Source: Kiritimatiellia bacterium
GTDB lineage: Bacteria > Verrucomicrobiota > Kiritimatiellia > SLAD01
Direction of reading: 5' to 3'
Length of the DNA stretch: 40,534 nt
Assembly (NCBI GenBank): GCA_007128275.1
Contig: SKXR01000211.1
Span: 1 to 40,534 of the forward strand
The translations under genes were made by a program, and so were the position numbers. This document shows, piece after piece, positions 16,813 to 26,066 of this stretch; the stretch's first letter is position 1, and the number at the start of each line of letters is the position of its first letter. The notes beneath the pieces were generated by a model that saw only the letters and a list, made by a program, of their open reading frames with translations, was not told the DNA's origin and searched no databases.

Positions 16813-18191
16813 GAGGGCAACGCCACCTCCTTGCGCGCCATGTGCCATGCGCCGAGGACCATGAGGATGCCGGAATAGAGCACGACCTTCACCCCAAACA
16901 TGTACCCGACTTCGGTCCATGGAATCCATTCGCCGACGACCAGGTAATCGAGCGGATTCGCGCTTTCAAGCGGGCGAATGACAGCATACAACCCTCGATG
17001 CACCAAATGGCTTGTGAGATGGATGGCGTCTTGAAACCATCCCCCATGCGGACCATGCGCGTGTCCATGACCGCCACTGGCGGTGCCTTCCGCAATACGT
17101 CCGATGAATCGTGCTGCATTAATCAGGAGCAGGGCGTAAAAGGAGGTCATGGCGGCGACCGGAATGGAGAAATACGCCCCCGCCGTGACGCCGACAGCGG
17201 CGAGAAAGCTGAGATGAAAGAGGATCAGCAGACCGGCCCGGAAATAGTTCATGAGGAAGCCGCCCGCATACACCATGAGGTGCAGCCCCTCATCGGGTTG
17301 GAAGATAACCGTCACGGTCCGGTCGGCGTGATTGGCAAATTCCACCGTCAGCGTGCCGTCGTCTTCAATGCGGTCGGGCGAAATGGCCACACTATGCCAT
17401 GTCCGCGGGGGCTGTTCGAACGTCTCCACTTGCCTGTGCGAAGCCTGCAGGGAACCGATCGTCCAGGATCCCGAAACGGGGTCAAGGTCCATGACAGACA
17501 GGGAGAAGCGATACCGCAAAATCAGCGGACGGTCATCGGGCGGGGGGTGCGGCACATTGAACACCCACCGATTGGAGGAGCCTGCGGGGACGGAATTGGC
17601 TTGCGTGCGCAAGGCGCGTTCAATGCGGGGCAGGACCTCTTGCGTGGGGATCTCCTCCGGCCATTCGCCGCGCGCGCGAGCCGCCCGGTATTGGCGCTGG
17701 ACCTCCTCGCGCACGTCGCGCGGTTGCGGCGCCAGTTTATATTGGGCCACGAGGATTTCCGTGTGCAACTGTTCAATCTCGGTGTCGGACCAGCGGTCGG
17801 GTGTGGTGGTCCCGCGCAACGCCGCATAGGTGGACACGAAACAGAGCATGAGAAAGAGGACATTGATGGCCATCAAGCCCAGCCATTTTCCCAACCAAAT
17901 CTGGGAGGCGCGTACGGGTTTACTGACCACCAACTGGATCTGCCGGTCCCGGATCTCGGTGGAGATGGCGGCGCAGGACGCCCATACCGTGGCGATCGAC
18001 AGGATGAGCGTGGCGAGTCCCAGCGTGTACCGGATTAAGACCCGGACGTGGCCCGGCAGCGTTCCGTCGCCCTGCAACGTGAGGGGAAGGCCAATGAGCG
18101 TAATCAGCAGAAACGCCAGCAAGACCATCACGATCTTGGATCGGATCGCGTTGCGTACGGAAATCAGGGCGATGGCGAGGATGCCGTTCAT
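16809..18191 (-). CDS. ABC-2-type transporter permease with a large inserted extracytoplasmic domain and a His-rich loop
   Basis: The N-terminus is typical of ABC-2 permeases (ALISVRNAIRSKI..., TEIRDRQIQLVVSKPVRASQIWLGKW). A ~180-aa non-membrane insertion follows, then C-terminal TMs and the loop GGHGHAHGPHGG. Confidence 0.75.
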   Translation of the reverse strand: MNGILAIALISVRNAIRSKIVMVLLAFLLITLIGLPLTLQGDGTLPGHVRVLIRYTLGLATLILSIATVWASCAAISTEIRDRQIQLVVSKPVRASQIWLGKWLGLMAINVLFLMLCFVSTYAALRGTTTPDRWSDTEIEQLHTEILVAQYKLAPQPRDVREEVQRQYRAARARGEWPEEIPTQEVLPRIERALRTQANSVPAGSSNRWVFNVPHPPPDDRPLILRYRFSLSVMDLDPVSGSWTIGSLQASHRQVETFEQPPRTWHSVAISPDRIEDDGTLTVEFANHADRTVTVIFQPDEGLHLMVYAGGFLMNYFRAGLLILFHLSFLAAVGVTAGAYFSIPVAAMTSFYALLLINAARFIGRIAEGTASGGHGHAHGPHGGWFQDAIHLTSHLVHRGLYAVIRPLESANPLDYLVVGEWIPWTEVGYMFGVKVVLYSGILMVLGAWHMARKEVALPS

Positions 18192-19132
18192 GATGGCGGA
18201 GCGGACAGATAGGATGCGAGGGTGTGGCTGGGCGTGGCGCCCGATTGGGACTCTACTTCGTTGCGCGCCTTTTCGATGATCCGCAGGAAGAATTCTTCGA
18301 GGTCCAGGCGGGGATGATCGATATCCGGTTCGGCGCCCAACACCGATCGGATCTCGTCGAGCACCCGCTGCAACTGGTCCGGCGCCAATTCTTCGGGAAG
18401 CGTGACCCGATAACGGTTTCGTTGTTCCAAGAGTTCGTGCATGGAACCCATGGCTTGGATACGTCCGTTGTAGAGAATGGCGATCCGGTCACAGATATCC
18501 TCCACATCGGCCAGAAGATGCGATGAAAGCAGTACGGTCTTGCCGCGACGCGCCAGGGCGCGGATCAGGTCTTTGACTTGTCGGCATCCCAACGGGTCCA
18601 ATCCCGAGGTGGGTTCATCGAGAATAATCAGATCGGGATCATTGATCAACGCCTGTGCCAGACCGATGCGCCGGGCCATGCCTTTGGAAAATTCGCCGAC
18701 CACCCGGCGTCGCGCGTGCTGCAGCCCGATCATATCAAGCAACTGATCAATGCGTTCCTCCCTTTGCTTCGCGTTCAAGTTGAACAAGCGCCCGAAGAAA
18801 TGCAGGGTTTCCTCCGAGGTCAGGTACGGATAGAGATAGGATTCCTCCGCAAGATATCCCACGCGAGCCTTGGTTTTCACGTCGTCCGGGGAGCGGTCTA
18901 GCACGCGCAGATATCCGCTGGTCGGGTGGAGAAGGCCCAGCATCATCTTGATGGTGGTGCTTTTCCCCGACCCGTTCGGGCCGAGCAACCCGAAGACTTC
19001 GCCGCGTTTCACCTCGAAGGTAATATCGTTCACAGCGCGGACTTTCGGACGGTGCCAGAAATCCCGGAAGACTTTCACCAGATCGCGCGCTTCGGCGATC
19101 GTGGTTGCGGTTTGTGGTGGAGAAGGGGTCAT
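18188..19132 (-). CDS. ABC transporter ATP-binding protein
   Basis: Walker A GLLGPNGSGKST, Q-loop, signature FSKGMARR, Walker B LIILDEPTSGLD, H-loop LSSHLL. ATGA overlap with the downstream permease. Confidence 0.92.
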   Translation of the reverse strand: MTPSPPQTATTIAEARDLVKVFRDFWHRPKVRAVNDITFEVKRGEVFGLLGPNGSGKSTTIKMMLGLLHPTSGYLRVLDRSPDDVKTKARVGYLAEESYLYPYLTSEETLHFFGRLFNLNAKQREERIDQLLDMIGLQHARRRVVGEFSKGMARRIGLAQALINDPDLIILDEPTSGLDPLGCRQVKDLIRALARRGKTVLLSSHLLADVEDICDRIAILYNGRIQAMGSMHELLEQRNRYRVTLPEELAPDQLQRVLDEIRSVLGAEPDIDHPRLDLEEFFLRIIEKARNEVESQSGATPSHTLASYLSAPPS

Positions 19133-19166
19133 ACGTCAGGTTCCATCATGGGTTACGGTACAGGGG

Positions 19167-20135
19167 TTATCCTTCCACTTCCATTCGCTGAAAGGCCATC
19201 ACGCCGAAGACGAGGATGCCGGCCAGATACAGGACGGCGTACGCGCCGGCCATGAAGACGTAGCCGCCGGGAATCGATCCGTCGCCGCCCAAAGCGTCCA
19301 CGACCCAAAAATGCTGCCAATTCGGCAACAGATAGTAGAGCACCCGGGCCGTTTGAGACGTGGCACTATGTTGTCCCAAAAAGTAATCGGACAGCAGCCC
19401 GAGAAAGAAGAGGCCGCCGCACAGGGAAAGGGTAGGGATGGTGGAGAGGCGTGTGGCCAGGGATACACTCAAGGCGGCCAGCACCAGGATGGCCAGCGTG
19501 ATCAAGCTTCCGGCGGAGAGGATGCGAAAGTCGTAGAGCGCGCCGAACGCCATGCGTTGTCCGTGCTGATCCACGAATCCCGCAAAAACGAACGCCAACG
19601 TCAAGAGCATCAACAAACTCAGAAACGCGTTGGACACGAACGGGCGGCGGAGCACATAATTGATCAGGCCACCGACGACAAAGGCGCCGACGCACGCGAG
19701 CAAGAGGGGCGTGGCGGACCACCAATCGGTGACATAGGCTTGAAAGGCTGTGCGAACGGAAAGGAGGACGGCCATCAGGGTACCTGCGGCGAACAGCAAC
19801 AGCACGGCGGCAATGCCCGCGTATTTTGCCAGAAAGAACGTGATCCGGGCGATCGGCTTGCTGAGCACGACGGAAACGGTGCCGTGCCGGACCTCACTGG
19901 ACAGCGAAGCGCAGGCCATGTGCGCGCCCAGGATCAAACCCGCCACGAACATGAACCCGAGGGAGCCATCCCGCACAAACTTCACGGATTCGCCCAGGGT
20001 ATGCGACAGGATGAGCGGCAACAGGGCAATCAGGATCAGCGTGGTGGCGAAGAGCAGAAATGCCAACGGCTGCCTGATCGCGTCCACTGCCGTAAGGCGT
20101 GCAATGGTAAAGAATTGCTTAACGGCCAAGCTCAT
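19167..20135 (-). CDS. ABC-2-type transporter permease
   Basis: 322-aa polytopic membrane protein. It is the first gene of the operon, 34 nt upstream of the ATPase gene. Its N-terminus (FTIARLTAVDAIRQPLAF) resembles ABC-2 / COG1277-like permeases. Confidence 0.75.
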   Translation of the reverse strand: MSLAVKQFFTIARLTAVDAIRQPLAFLLFATTLILIALLPLILSHTLGESVKFVRDGSLGFMFVAGLILGAHMACASLSSEVRHGTVSVVLSKPIARITFFLAKYAGIAAVLLLFAAGTLMAVLLSVRTAFQAYVTDWWSATPLLLACVGAFVVGGLINYVLRRPFVSNAFLSLLMLLTLAFVFAGFVDQHGQRMAFGALYDFRILSAGSLITLAILVLAALSVSLATRLSTIPTLSLCGGLFFLGLLSDYFLGQHSATSQTARVLYYLLPNWQHFWVVDALGGDGSIPGGYVFMAGAYAVLYLAGILVFGVMAFQRMEVEG

Positions 20136-20233
20136 GAGTAGTATAGGACCCTAGCGACAAGATTTTGTTCGATAGTGAATATGCCTTCAAAAGGTCGATC
20201 TGGCAACACGGGCTTTTTGGGGATGAACCTATT

Positions 20234-21040
20234 ATGAGTATACATTCAAGCGCCATCATACATCCCGACGCAACCATAGGGCCGGGAACCATTGTTGGTC
20301 CGTACGCGGTGATTGACGAACACGTGGACATCGGCGTGGACTGTTCGATTGGCGCCCATGCGGTGATTCATCCGTACACGCGCATGGGCGCGGGTTCGCG
20401 CGTTCATTCAGGAGCCGTGATTGGCGATTGGCCACAGGACATGGCTTTCTCGGGCGTCGTCAGCCACGTGGAGATCGGCGCGGGCTGCGTGTTTCGCGAA
20501 GGCGTCACCGTGCATCGCGGCACGAAGGAAGGGACGGTAACGCGTATTGGAGACCGGTGTTTTCTGATGGCCAACAGCCATGTCGCACACAACTGTGTGC
20601 TGGGCAACGATGTGATCATGGCCAACGGGGTCCTCCTCGGCGGCTATGTCGAAATCGGTGACCGCGCTTTTCTGAGCGGGAACTGTGTGGTGCATCAGTT
20701 CATTCGCATCGGGCGTCTGGCGATGATGTCGGGTCTGTCCGCCCTTTCCAAGGATTTGCCGCCTTTTTGTGTCGCGCAGAATGTCAGCGCCAACCGGGTC
20801 TCCGCGTTGAATGTCGTGGGCATGCGCAGGGCCGGCCTGTCACCCGATGAGCGCGCGGCCGTCAAGCGGGCCTTCCAGTTGCTGTACCGGTCGGGGTTCA
20901 ACGTCACACAAGCGGTTACCGAAATGAAAGCGCAGTTTCCGGACGGTCCGGCGGCGGAACTCTGGCAGTTTGCCGAATCCTCCACGCGCGGTATTTGTGC
21001 GGCTGATCAGCCCGCACCTGCGGATGCAGGATGCCGATAA
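20234..21040 (+). CDS. lpxA: Acyl-ACP--UDP-N-acetylglucosamine O-acyltransferase
   Basis: MSIHSSAIIHPDATIGPGTIVGPYAVIDEHV... with hexapeptide repeats throughout and the C-terminal helical domain (LNVVGMRRAGLS). The ATG at 20234 is preferred over the ORF-track 20165. Confidence 0.92.
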   Translation: MSIHSSAIIHPDATIGPGTIVGPYAVIDEHVDIGVDCSIGAHAVIHPYTRMGAGSRVHSGAVIGDWPQDMAFSGVVSHVEIGAGCVFREGVTVHRGTKEGTVTRIGDRCFLMANSHVAHNCVLGNDVIMANGVLLGGYVEIGDRAFLSGNCVVHQFIRIGRLAMMSGLSALSKDLPPFCVAQNVSANRVSALNVVGMRRAGLSPDERAAVKRAFQLLYRSGFNVTQAVTEMKAQFPDGPAAELWQFAESSTRGICAADQPAPADAGCR

Positions 21041-21130
21041 CGTGCCGGCCATTCCCGGGCGCGCCAAATTCAGCCTTGCAAACTGTCGCCCGGCAGGTAT
21101 TTTTGAACGTACAACGGAATATGGAGAAAC

Positions 21131-21290
21131 GATCTTCAGGGCAAGGTGATCCTCCTTTGGAGGAAATTCCTGACCGGCGGTGATAGCCCGCGACTCTTCC
21201 TCAGCCCCAAATTGGAGGGAGACTGATACGATCCATCGGCGGGTAGCCGATGATGCGTAGCCGACAGTATAGTCTGGATGGAAGAAGATC
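21131..21290 (+). promoter_or_regulatory. FMN riboswitch (RFN element) aptamer
   Basis: GATCTTCAGGGCAAGGTGA..AATTCCTGACCGGCGGTGATAGCCCGCGA ... AGCCGACAGTATAGTCTGGATGGAAGAAGATC matches the conserved RFN cores. The P1 helix is GATCTTC/GAAGATC. It lies directly upstream of ribB. Confidence 0.9.
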
Positions 21291-21311
21291 CTGCACCACG
21301 GGTGTAGTCTG

Positions 21312-21345
21312 TCCTGAAGAGGTCGCGTGTCTTCAGGATTTTTTT
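21312..21345 (+). terminator. Riboswitch expression-platform terminator
   Basis: 9-bp stem TCCTGAAGA / TCTTCAGGA with a 9-nt loop, followed by T7. It ends 19 nt before the ribB ATG. Confidence 0.8.
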
Positions 21346-21364
21346 ATGCACGGATAGGAAACGA

Positions 21365-22015
21365 ATGACCAAAGAAAGCACGTCTGTATTTTCGCCGATC
21401 CCGGCGGTATTGGAAACGATTCGTCAAGGCGAGATCGTCATTGTCACGGACGACGAATGCCGAGAGAACGAGGGCGACCTGATTTGTGCGGCCGAATGTA
21501 TCACGCCGGAGCTGATTAACTTCATGGCCCGTTACGGACGCGGCCTGATCTGTGTGGCGCTCGGCAAGGATCGACTGGAGGCGCTGGATATCCGGCCGAC
21601 GCGGAAACGGGGTAAGCGGGACCACTTCAACACCGCGTTCATGGAATCGGTGGACGCCCGGGAAGGCATTACCACGGGGATCAGCGCGCACGATCGTTCC
21701 CTGACGATCCGTCTGTTGGTGGATGCCGATGCGCAACCCGCCGACTTGGTGAGTCCCGGCCATGTCTTTCCATTGCAAGCGATGGAGGACGGGGTGCTTG
21801 ACCGTCCCGGCCATACCGAGGCCGCCGTCGATTTGGCCCGGCTGGCCGGATTGCAGCGCGCGGGGGTGATCTGTGAAATTATCCGTGACGACGGGCAGAT
21901 GGCGCGGTTGCCCGATCTTATCGCGTTCGCGAAAGAACACCGGTTGAAAATGACTTCCGTCGCCGATCTGGTACAATGGCGTAAACAACAGCAACAAGCG
22001 CTTCAGGAAGCGTGA
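21365..22015 (+). CDS. ribB: 3,4-dihydroxy-2-butanone 4-phosphate synthase (monofunctional, no GTP cyclohydrolase II domain)
   Basis: [31 protein letters not shown] and GHVFPL...[20 protein letters not shown] motifs. Only 216 aa. Confidence 0.92.
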   Translation: MTKESTSVFSPIPAVLETIRQGEIVIVTDDECRENEGDLICAAECITPELINFMARYGRGLICVALGKDRLEALDIRPTRKRGKRDHFNTAFMESVDAREGITTGISAHDRSLTIRLLVDADAQPADLVSPGHVFPLQAMEDGVLDRPGHTEAAVDLARLAGLQRAGVICEIIRDDGQMARLPDLIAFAKEHRLKMTSVADLVQWRKQQQQALQEA

Positions 22016-22569
22016 ACAAGCAGAACGGGCCACCACCTCCCATGAAAATTGAAAAAGGCATCACCGACATAGCGCCCAAAGAACATCCGGCGTTCGAGGG
22101 CATCCAACAGATCACGGGCACATTGGATGCAAGTCCCTATTCCTTCGGTCTTGTCGTCAGCCGGTTCAACGCAGAATTGACCAGCGCGCTGTTATTGGCG
22201 GCGGTTACTTGCCTGCAAAAGCACGGCGCGGCGGCGGAACGGATTACCGTGGTATGGGTTCCGGGCGCCTTTGAAATCCCCACGGCCTTGGAACTGCTTG
22301 CCGAGCAAGGCGAGCATACGGCATTGATTGCGCTGGGCGCTGTTATCCAAGGAGAGACGCCGCATGCCGGGCTGATCAACACGGAAGTCAACCGGTCACT
22401 GTGTGAAATGGCGCGACGCCATCACCGGCCGGTCATTGACGGCGTGGTGATGACCCACAGCATGGAACAAGCCGTGGCGCGATGCACGACCGGCGAGAAG
22501 AGCCGAGGCTGGTACGCCGCAAAAGCCGCGATTGAAATGGCGCACATCACCTCGCAGTTGAAGGCGTAA
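22012..22569 (+). CDS. ribH: 6,7-dimethyl-8-ribityllumazine synthase
   Basis: FGLVVSRFNAELTSALLLAAV, VVWVPGAFEIP and ALGAVIQGETPHAGLI motifs. GTG at 22012 overlaps the ribB stop (GTGA); ATG at 22042 is an alternative. The N-terminus is longer than usual. Confidence 0.9.
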   Translation: MNKQNGPPPPMKIEKGITDIAPKEHPAFEGIQQITGTLDASPYSFGLVVSRFNAELTSALLLAAVTCLQKHGAAAERITVVWVPGAFEIPTALELLAEQGEHTALIALGAVIQGETPHAGLINTEVNRSLCEMARRHHRPVIDGVVMTHSMEQAVARCTTGEKSRGWYAAKAAIEMAHITSQLKA

Positions 22570-22574
22570 CGTTC

Positions 22575-23006
22575 ATGGGTATTCGCCGACAAGCCCGTGA
22601 ATGGGCGCTTCAATTCCTGTTCCAACGGGATTTCAATCACGACGACCTTGCGGGCGAACTGGTGGAATTCTGGGAAGGGAAAACCCCCGCGACGCGTGCC
22701 CAGTCCTTTACCGAAGAAATCATCTACGGCGTGGAATCGCGACGCGCGGAATTGGACGCGTTGATCGGCAAATATGCGGAGCATTGGGACGTAAAACGCA
22801 TGGGCGGCGTGGACCGGAACGTGATGCGTATCGCCTTGTATGAAATGACCGGGCGTTCCGATATCCCGCCCGTGGTGTCGATTGACGAGGCCGTCGAGAT
22901 TGCGAAGATGTACAGCAGTAATGAATCGGGGAAATTTGTCAATGGAGTGTTGGACCGGGCGTTGCAGGATATGAAACGTCCGGCCCGATCGTCGGGGGAG
23001 GAGTAA
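22575..23006 (+). CDS. nusB: Transcription antitermination factor NusB
   Basis: RRQAREWALQFLFQ..., RIALYEM and IDEAVEIAKMYS...KFVNGVLD are typical NusB blocks. It has the classical position after ribH. Confidence 0.9.
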   Translation: MGIRRQAREWALQFLFQRDFNHDDLAGELVEFWEGKTPATRAQSFTEEIIYGVESRRAELDALIGKYAEHWDVKRMGGVDRNVMRIALYEMTGRSDIPPVVSIDEAVEIAKMYSSNESGKFVNGVLDRALQDMKRPARSSGEE

Positions 23007-23011
23007 GAACG

Positions 23012-23932
23012 ATGGTGACGTGGATTGATGCGCTGTCCAAGACGCGCAACAAATTGAGCAACACTTTGGCCAAAGTCTTCCGCCGGTCGGACGCATTGGA
23101 TGAAGACACGCTGGAAGAGCTGGAAGACACGCTGCTGGGCTCGGACGTGTCCATGGCGCTCGTTACGGAATGGACCGAGGCGTTGCAGAAAGGGTATAGG
23201 GGATTGCGCGTGTCCCGTCGTGAAATCGTCCACAATCTCCTGGTCGGCGCCTTGGGAGAGTGGCCTCCATTCGCATGGTCCCGCGAAGATCGGCCGTACA
23301 CGATTCTGATTGTCGGCGTCAACGGGACAGGCAAGACCACCACCGCCGCGAAACTCGCGCATCATGCGAAACAGGCCGGCCTAAGCCCTTTACTCGCCGC
23401 CACGGACACGTTTCGCGCCGCCGGAGCGGAACAATTACGGATTTGGGCGGATCGCGTTGGCTGCGATGTGGTCGCCGGACAACAGGGCGCGGATGCCGCC
23501 GCGGTGGCGTTCGACGCGCTGGACGCCGCCATCGCCCGGAACAGCGATGCGGTGATCATCGATACCGCCGGACGGATGCACACGAAACAGCCGTTGATGA
23601 ACGAGCTGGGGAAAGTGCGACGCGCGGTCGCGTCCCGCCTCAAACGGGAGCCGGACGAAACGTGGATCGTGTTGGACGCCGGAATGGGACAGAACGCGAT
23701 CATCCAAGCACGGCAATTTCATCAGATGGTGCCTTTGACCGGGGTGATTGTGACCAAACTGGACGGGTCATCCAAGGCGGGGTTTGTATTTTCCGTGGTG
23801 AAAGAGTTGGGCGTTCCCGTTCGCTTCGCCGGTTTGGGCGAGGGGATGGACGATCTTGCCGTCTTTGATCCGGAACAGTTCGTCGAAGCCTTGCTCGGTC
23901 GGAAACAGGAAGAGGCCGTTCGCAGTCGATAA
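23012..23932 (+). CDS. ftsY: Signal recognition particle receptor FtsY (short form, NG domain only)
   Basis: ILIVGVNGTGKTTTAAKLA, DTFRAAGAEQL, IIDTAGR, TKLDGSSKAG and GLGEGMDDL motifs. Confidence 0.93.
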   Translation: MVTWIDALSKTRNKLSNTLAKVFRRSDALDEDTLEELEDTLLGSDVSMALVTEWTEALQKGYRGLRVSRREIVHNLLVGALGEWPPFAWSREDRPYTILIVGVNGTGKTTTAAKLAHHAKQAGLSPLLAATDTFRAAGAEQLRIWADRVGCDVVAGQQGADAAAVAFDALDAAIARNSDAVIIDTAGRMHTKQPLMNELGKVRRAVASRLKREPDETWIVLDAGMGQNAIIQARQFHQMVPLTGVIVTKLDGSSKAGFVFSVVKELGVPVRFAGLGEGMDDLAVFDPEQFVEALLGRKQEEAVRSR

Positions 23933-23965
23933 TGCCGCGCCCGGCTGGAGCAGACCGGAAAAGCG

Positions 23966-25060
23966 ATGGAACAAGATCATACAGAGTGGATGGAACGAGC
24001 CCTGGCGCTCGCGAGGAAAGGCGAAGGATTGACGCGTCCGAATCCGCCTGTCGGCGCGGTCGTGGTGCGTAAAGGGCAAGTGGTCGGCGAAGGATATCAT
24101 CGGAAAGCGGGCGGACCGCATGCCGAAGTGCTTGCGCTCAAACAGGCGGGCCGTCGCGCAAAAGGCGCCTCGCTGTATGTCACCCTTGAACCCTGTTCCA
24201 CCACGGGGCGGACCCCGCCCTGCACGGATCGGATTCTTGAAAGCGGCGTGTCGGAGGTGGTGGTGGCGGCGCAGGATCCGAACCCGAACCACGCCGGGCG
24301 CGGGTTACGGCTCCTGCGCAAGCGGGGCGTTCGTGTCACGACGGGTGTCTGCCGCGCGGAAGCCGCGGAATTGATTCGCCCCTTTGCCCGATGGGTCCGG
24401 GATGGAAGGCCGTTTGTTACGCTGAAACTGGGGATCACCGTCGACGGGAAGATTGCCGACCGGCAAGGTCATTCCCGGTGGATTACAGGGGCTCAAGCCC
24501 GTCACGAAGTTCAGGCGCTTCGGCGTCGCGCGGATGCCGTGATGGTGGGGGCGGGCACGGTCATCGCGGATAATCCCTCTTTGTGGCCGCGCCCGGCCAA
24601 CGGTCGCCGGCCGCTGCGCGTCATTGTGGACGGGAAAGGACGGGCTCCTTCTTCTGCGCACGTGTTCACGGACGAACATGCGGACCACACGGTCTGGGCC
24701 GTGAACAAGCGTATGACCGCGAAACGAGCGCAGCGGCACACCGCGCACGGGGCGCGCGTCATAACAATCCCCGCGTCCAGAACCTCCTCGGTATCATCCC
24801 TGCTCAACCAGTTGGGAAGGGAAGGGATCTTGCATGTACTCTGTGAAGGCGGCGGTGATTTGGCGGAATCCCTTATTCGCGCCGGGTGCGTGGATGAATA
24901 CGTGTTCTTCGTGTCCCCGAAGATCATGGGCGGCAGGGACTCGAGAAACGCGGTATCGGGGAAAGGCTGGCTGATGGCCGAACTGCCGGAATTGCGGTTT
25001 ATTGGATACAAGCCCGTCGGAAAAGATATTATGATCCGAGCGCGTCCCAAGACCGGCTAA
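23966..25060 (+). CDS. ribD: Bifunctional diaminohydroxyphosphoribosylaminopyrimidine deaminase / 5-amino-6-(5-phosphoribosylamino)uracil reductase
   Basis: Deaminase zinc motifs HAEVLAL and TLEPCSTTGRTPPC, and a reductase half with VTLKLGITVDGKIA. Confidence 0.93.
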   Translation: MEQDHTEWMERALALARKGEGLTRPNPPVGAVVVRKGQVVGEGYHRKAGGPHAEVLALKQAGRRAKGASLYVTLEPCSTTGRTPPCTDRILESGVSEVVVAAQDPNPNHAGRGLRLLRKRGVRVTTGVCRAEAAELIRPFARWVRDGRPFVTLKLGITVDGKIADRQGHSRWITGAQARHEVQALRRRADAVMVGAGTVIADNPSLWPRPANGRRPLRVIVDGKGRAPSSAHVFTDEHADHTVWAVNKRMTAKRAQRHTAHGARVITIPASRTSSVSSLLNQLGREGILHVLCEGGGDLAESLIRAGCVDEYVFFVSPKIMGGRDSRNAVSGKGWLMAELPELRFIGYKPVGKDIMIRARPKTG

Positions 25061-25111
25061 AGACGAGCGACTAACGAGCAGCCAAGAACTAAGAACCAGG
25101 AACCCTTCTCC

Positions 25112-25768
25112 ATGTTTACCGGACTCATTCAAAACAAAGGCGTAATCCGTTCGCTGCAAAAGGACGGCGGATCGGGATCACTGATCATTGAGGCGCGCGG
25201 ATGGGATCGCCCCGTGGAGGTTGGTGAGAGCATTGCCGTACAAGGTGTGTGCCTGACCGTCACCGGTCTGGACGGTAACCGTCTATCGTTCGATGTACTG
25301 GGTGAAACCTTTCGGTGCACCAATCTCGGGGAAAAGGGAGCGGGTTCGACGGTGAACTTGGAACGCGCCCTGCGAGAGGGCGCCCCGTTGGGCGGGCACA
25401 TGGTTCAAGGCCATGTCGATGGGGTAGGGTCGGTGAAGGAGATTCACGCGGTGGACCGGGATCACAGGGTGCAGATCGCATGCGACGAAGCCATCCTGCG
25501 ATATGTGGTATTCAAGGGATCGATTGCGGTGGACGGCATCAGCCTCACCGTCGCCGCAGTGGATAACGAAATGTTTGCGGTTCATATCATTCCTCATACA
25601 TGGGAGGTCACCACCTTCGGAGACATGCAGGTAGGCGATACCGTGAATCTGGAAGCCGATCCGTTGGCCAAATACGTGGAGAAGGCGCTGCTGACGCAGA
25701 CGCCCGTAACGCCCATCGACTGGGACGCGGTGCGGCGGGGCGGATACGGTGCACTGGGGGACGCGTAG
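25112..25768 (+). CDS. ribE: Riboflavin synthase alpha chain
   Basis: MFTGLIQNKG..., internally duplicated lumazine-binding halves (GESIAVQGVCLTV / GSIAVDGISLTV) and IPHTWEVT. Confidence 0.93.
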   Translation: MFTGLIQNKGVIRSLQKDGGSGSLIIEARGWDRPVEVGESIAVQGVCLTVTGLDGNRLSFDVLGETFRCTNLGEKGAGSTVNLERALREGAPLGGHMVQGHVDGVGSVKEIHAVDRDHRVQIACDEAILRYVVFKGSIAVDGISLTVAAVDNEMFAVHIIPHTWEVTTFGDMQVGDTVNLEADPLAKYVEKALLTQTPVTPIDWDAVRRGGYGALGDA

Positions 25769-25896
25769 GACAATGGAACCGATCGCATCCGGCAAGCCGT
25801 TCGCGCGCTCGATTTGCCGTATACCCGCAGCGACGGGTACCGTCTACTCCAAGCGCGCAGGCGGATTTGATCGGATCCTGCGCCGCATAGAGTGAG

Positions 25897-25951
25897 CAGC
25901 TTGCGCGGTTGCCCTGGACTTGGAGGGTCGAGCTATGCGAGACCGGTTGGC
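25897..25951. repeat. 55-bp perfect direct repeat, copy A
   Basis: CAGCTTGCGCGGTTGCCCTGGACTTGGAGGGTCGAGCTATGCGAGACCGGTTGGC is identical to 26067..26121. A degenerate third copy lies at about 25975..26020 (CAGCTTGCGTCTTACCTTGGGCTTGGATGCCGAGCCGGGTTACGG). Confidence 0.9.
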
Positions 25952-26066
25952 GCCGTCGCGCCTATCCTCCTTCGCAGCTTGCGTCTTACCTTGGGCTTGG
26001 ATGCCGAGCCGGGTTACGGGTCCATTGGCCTTGCTTTATCTTCCGGCTCCGCGGAGCGTCGCCCTC

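Noticed and set aside
21041-21130. A possible terminator hairpin after lpxA (TGCCGG...CCGGCAGGTATTTTT).
   Set aside because: The stem is only about 6 bp with a loop of about 43 nt. I could not build a convincing hairpin, although the T5 run is suggestive.
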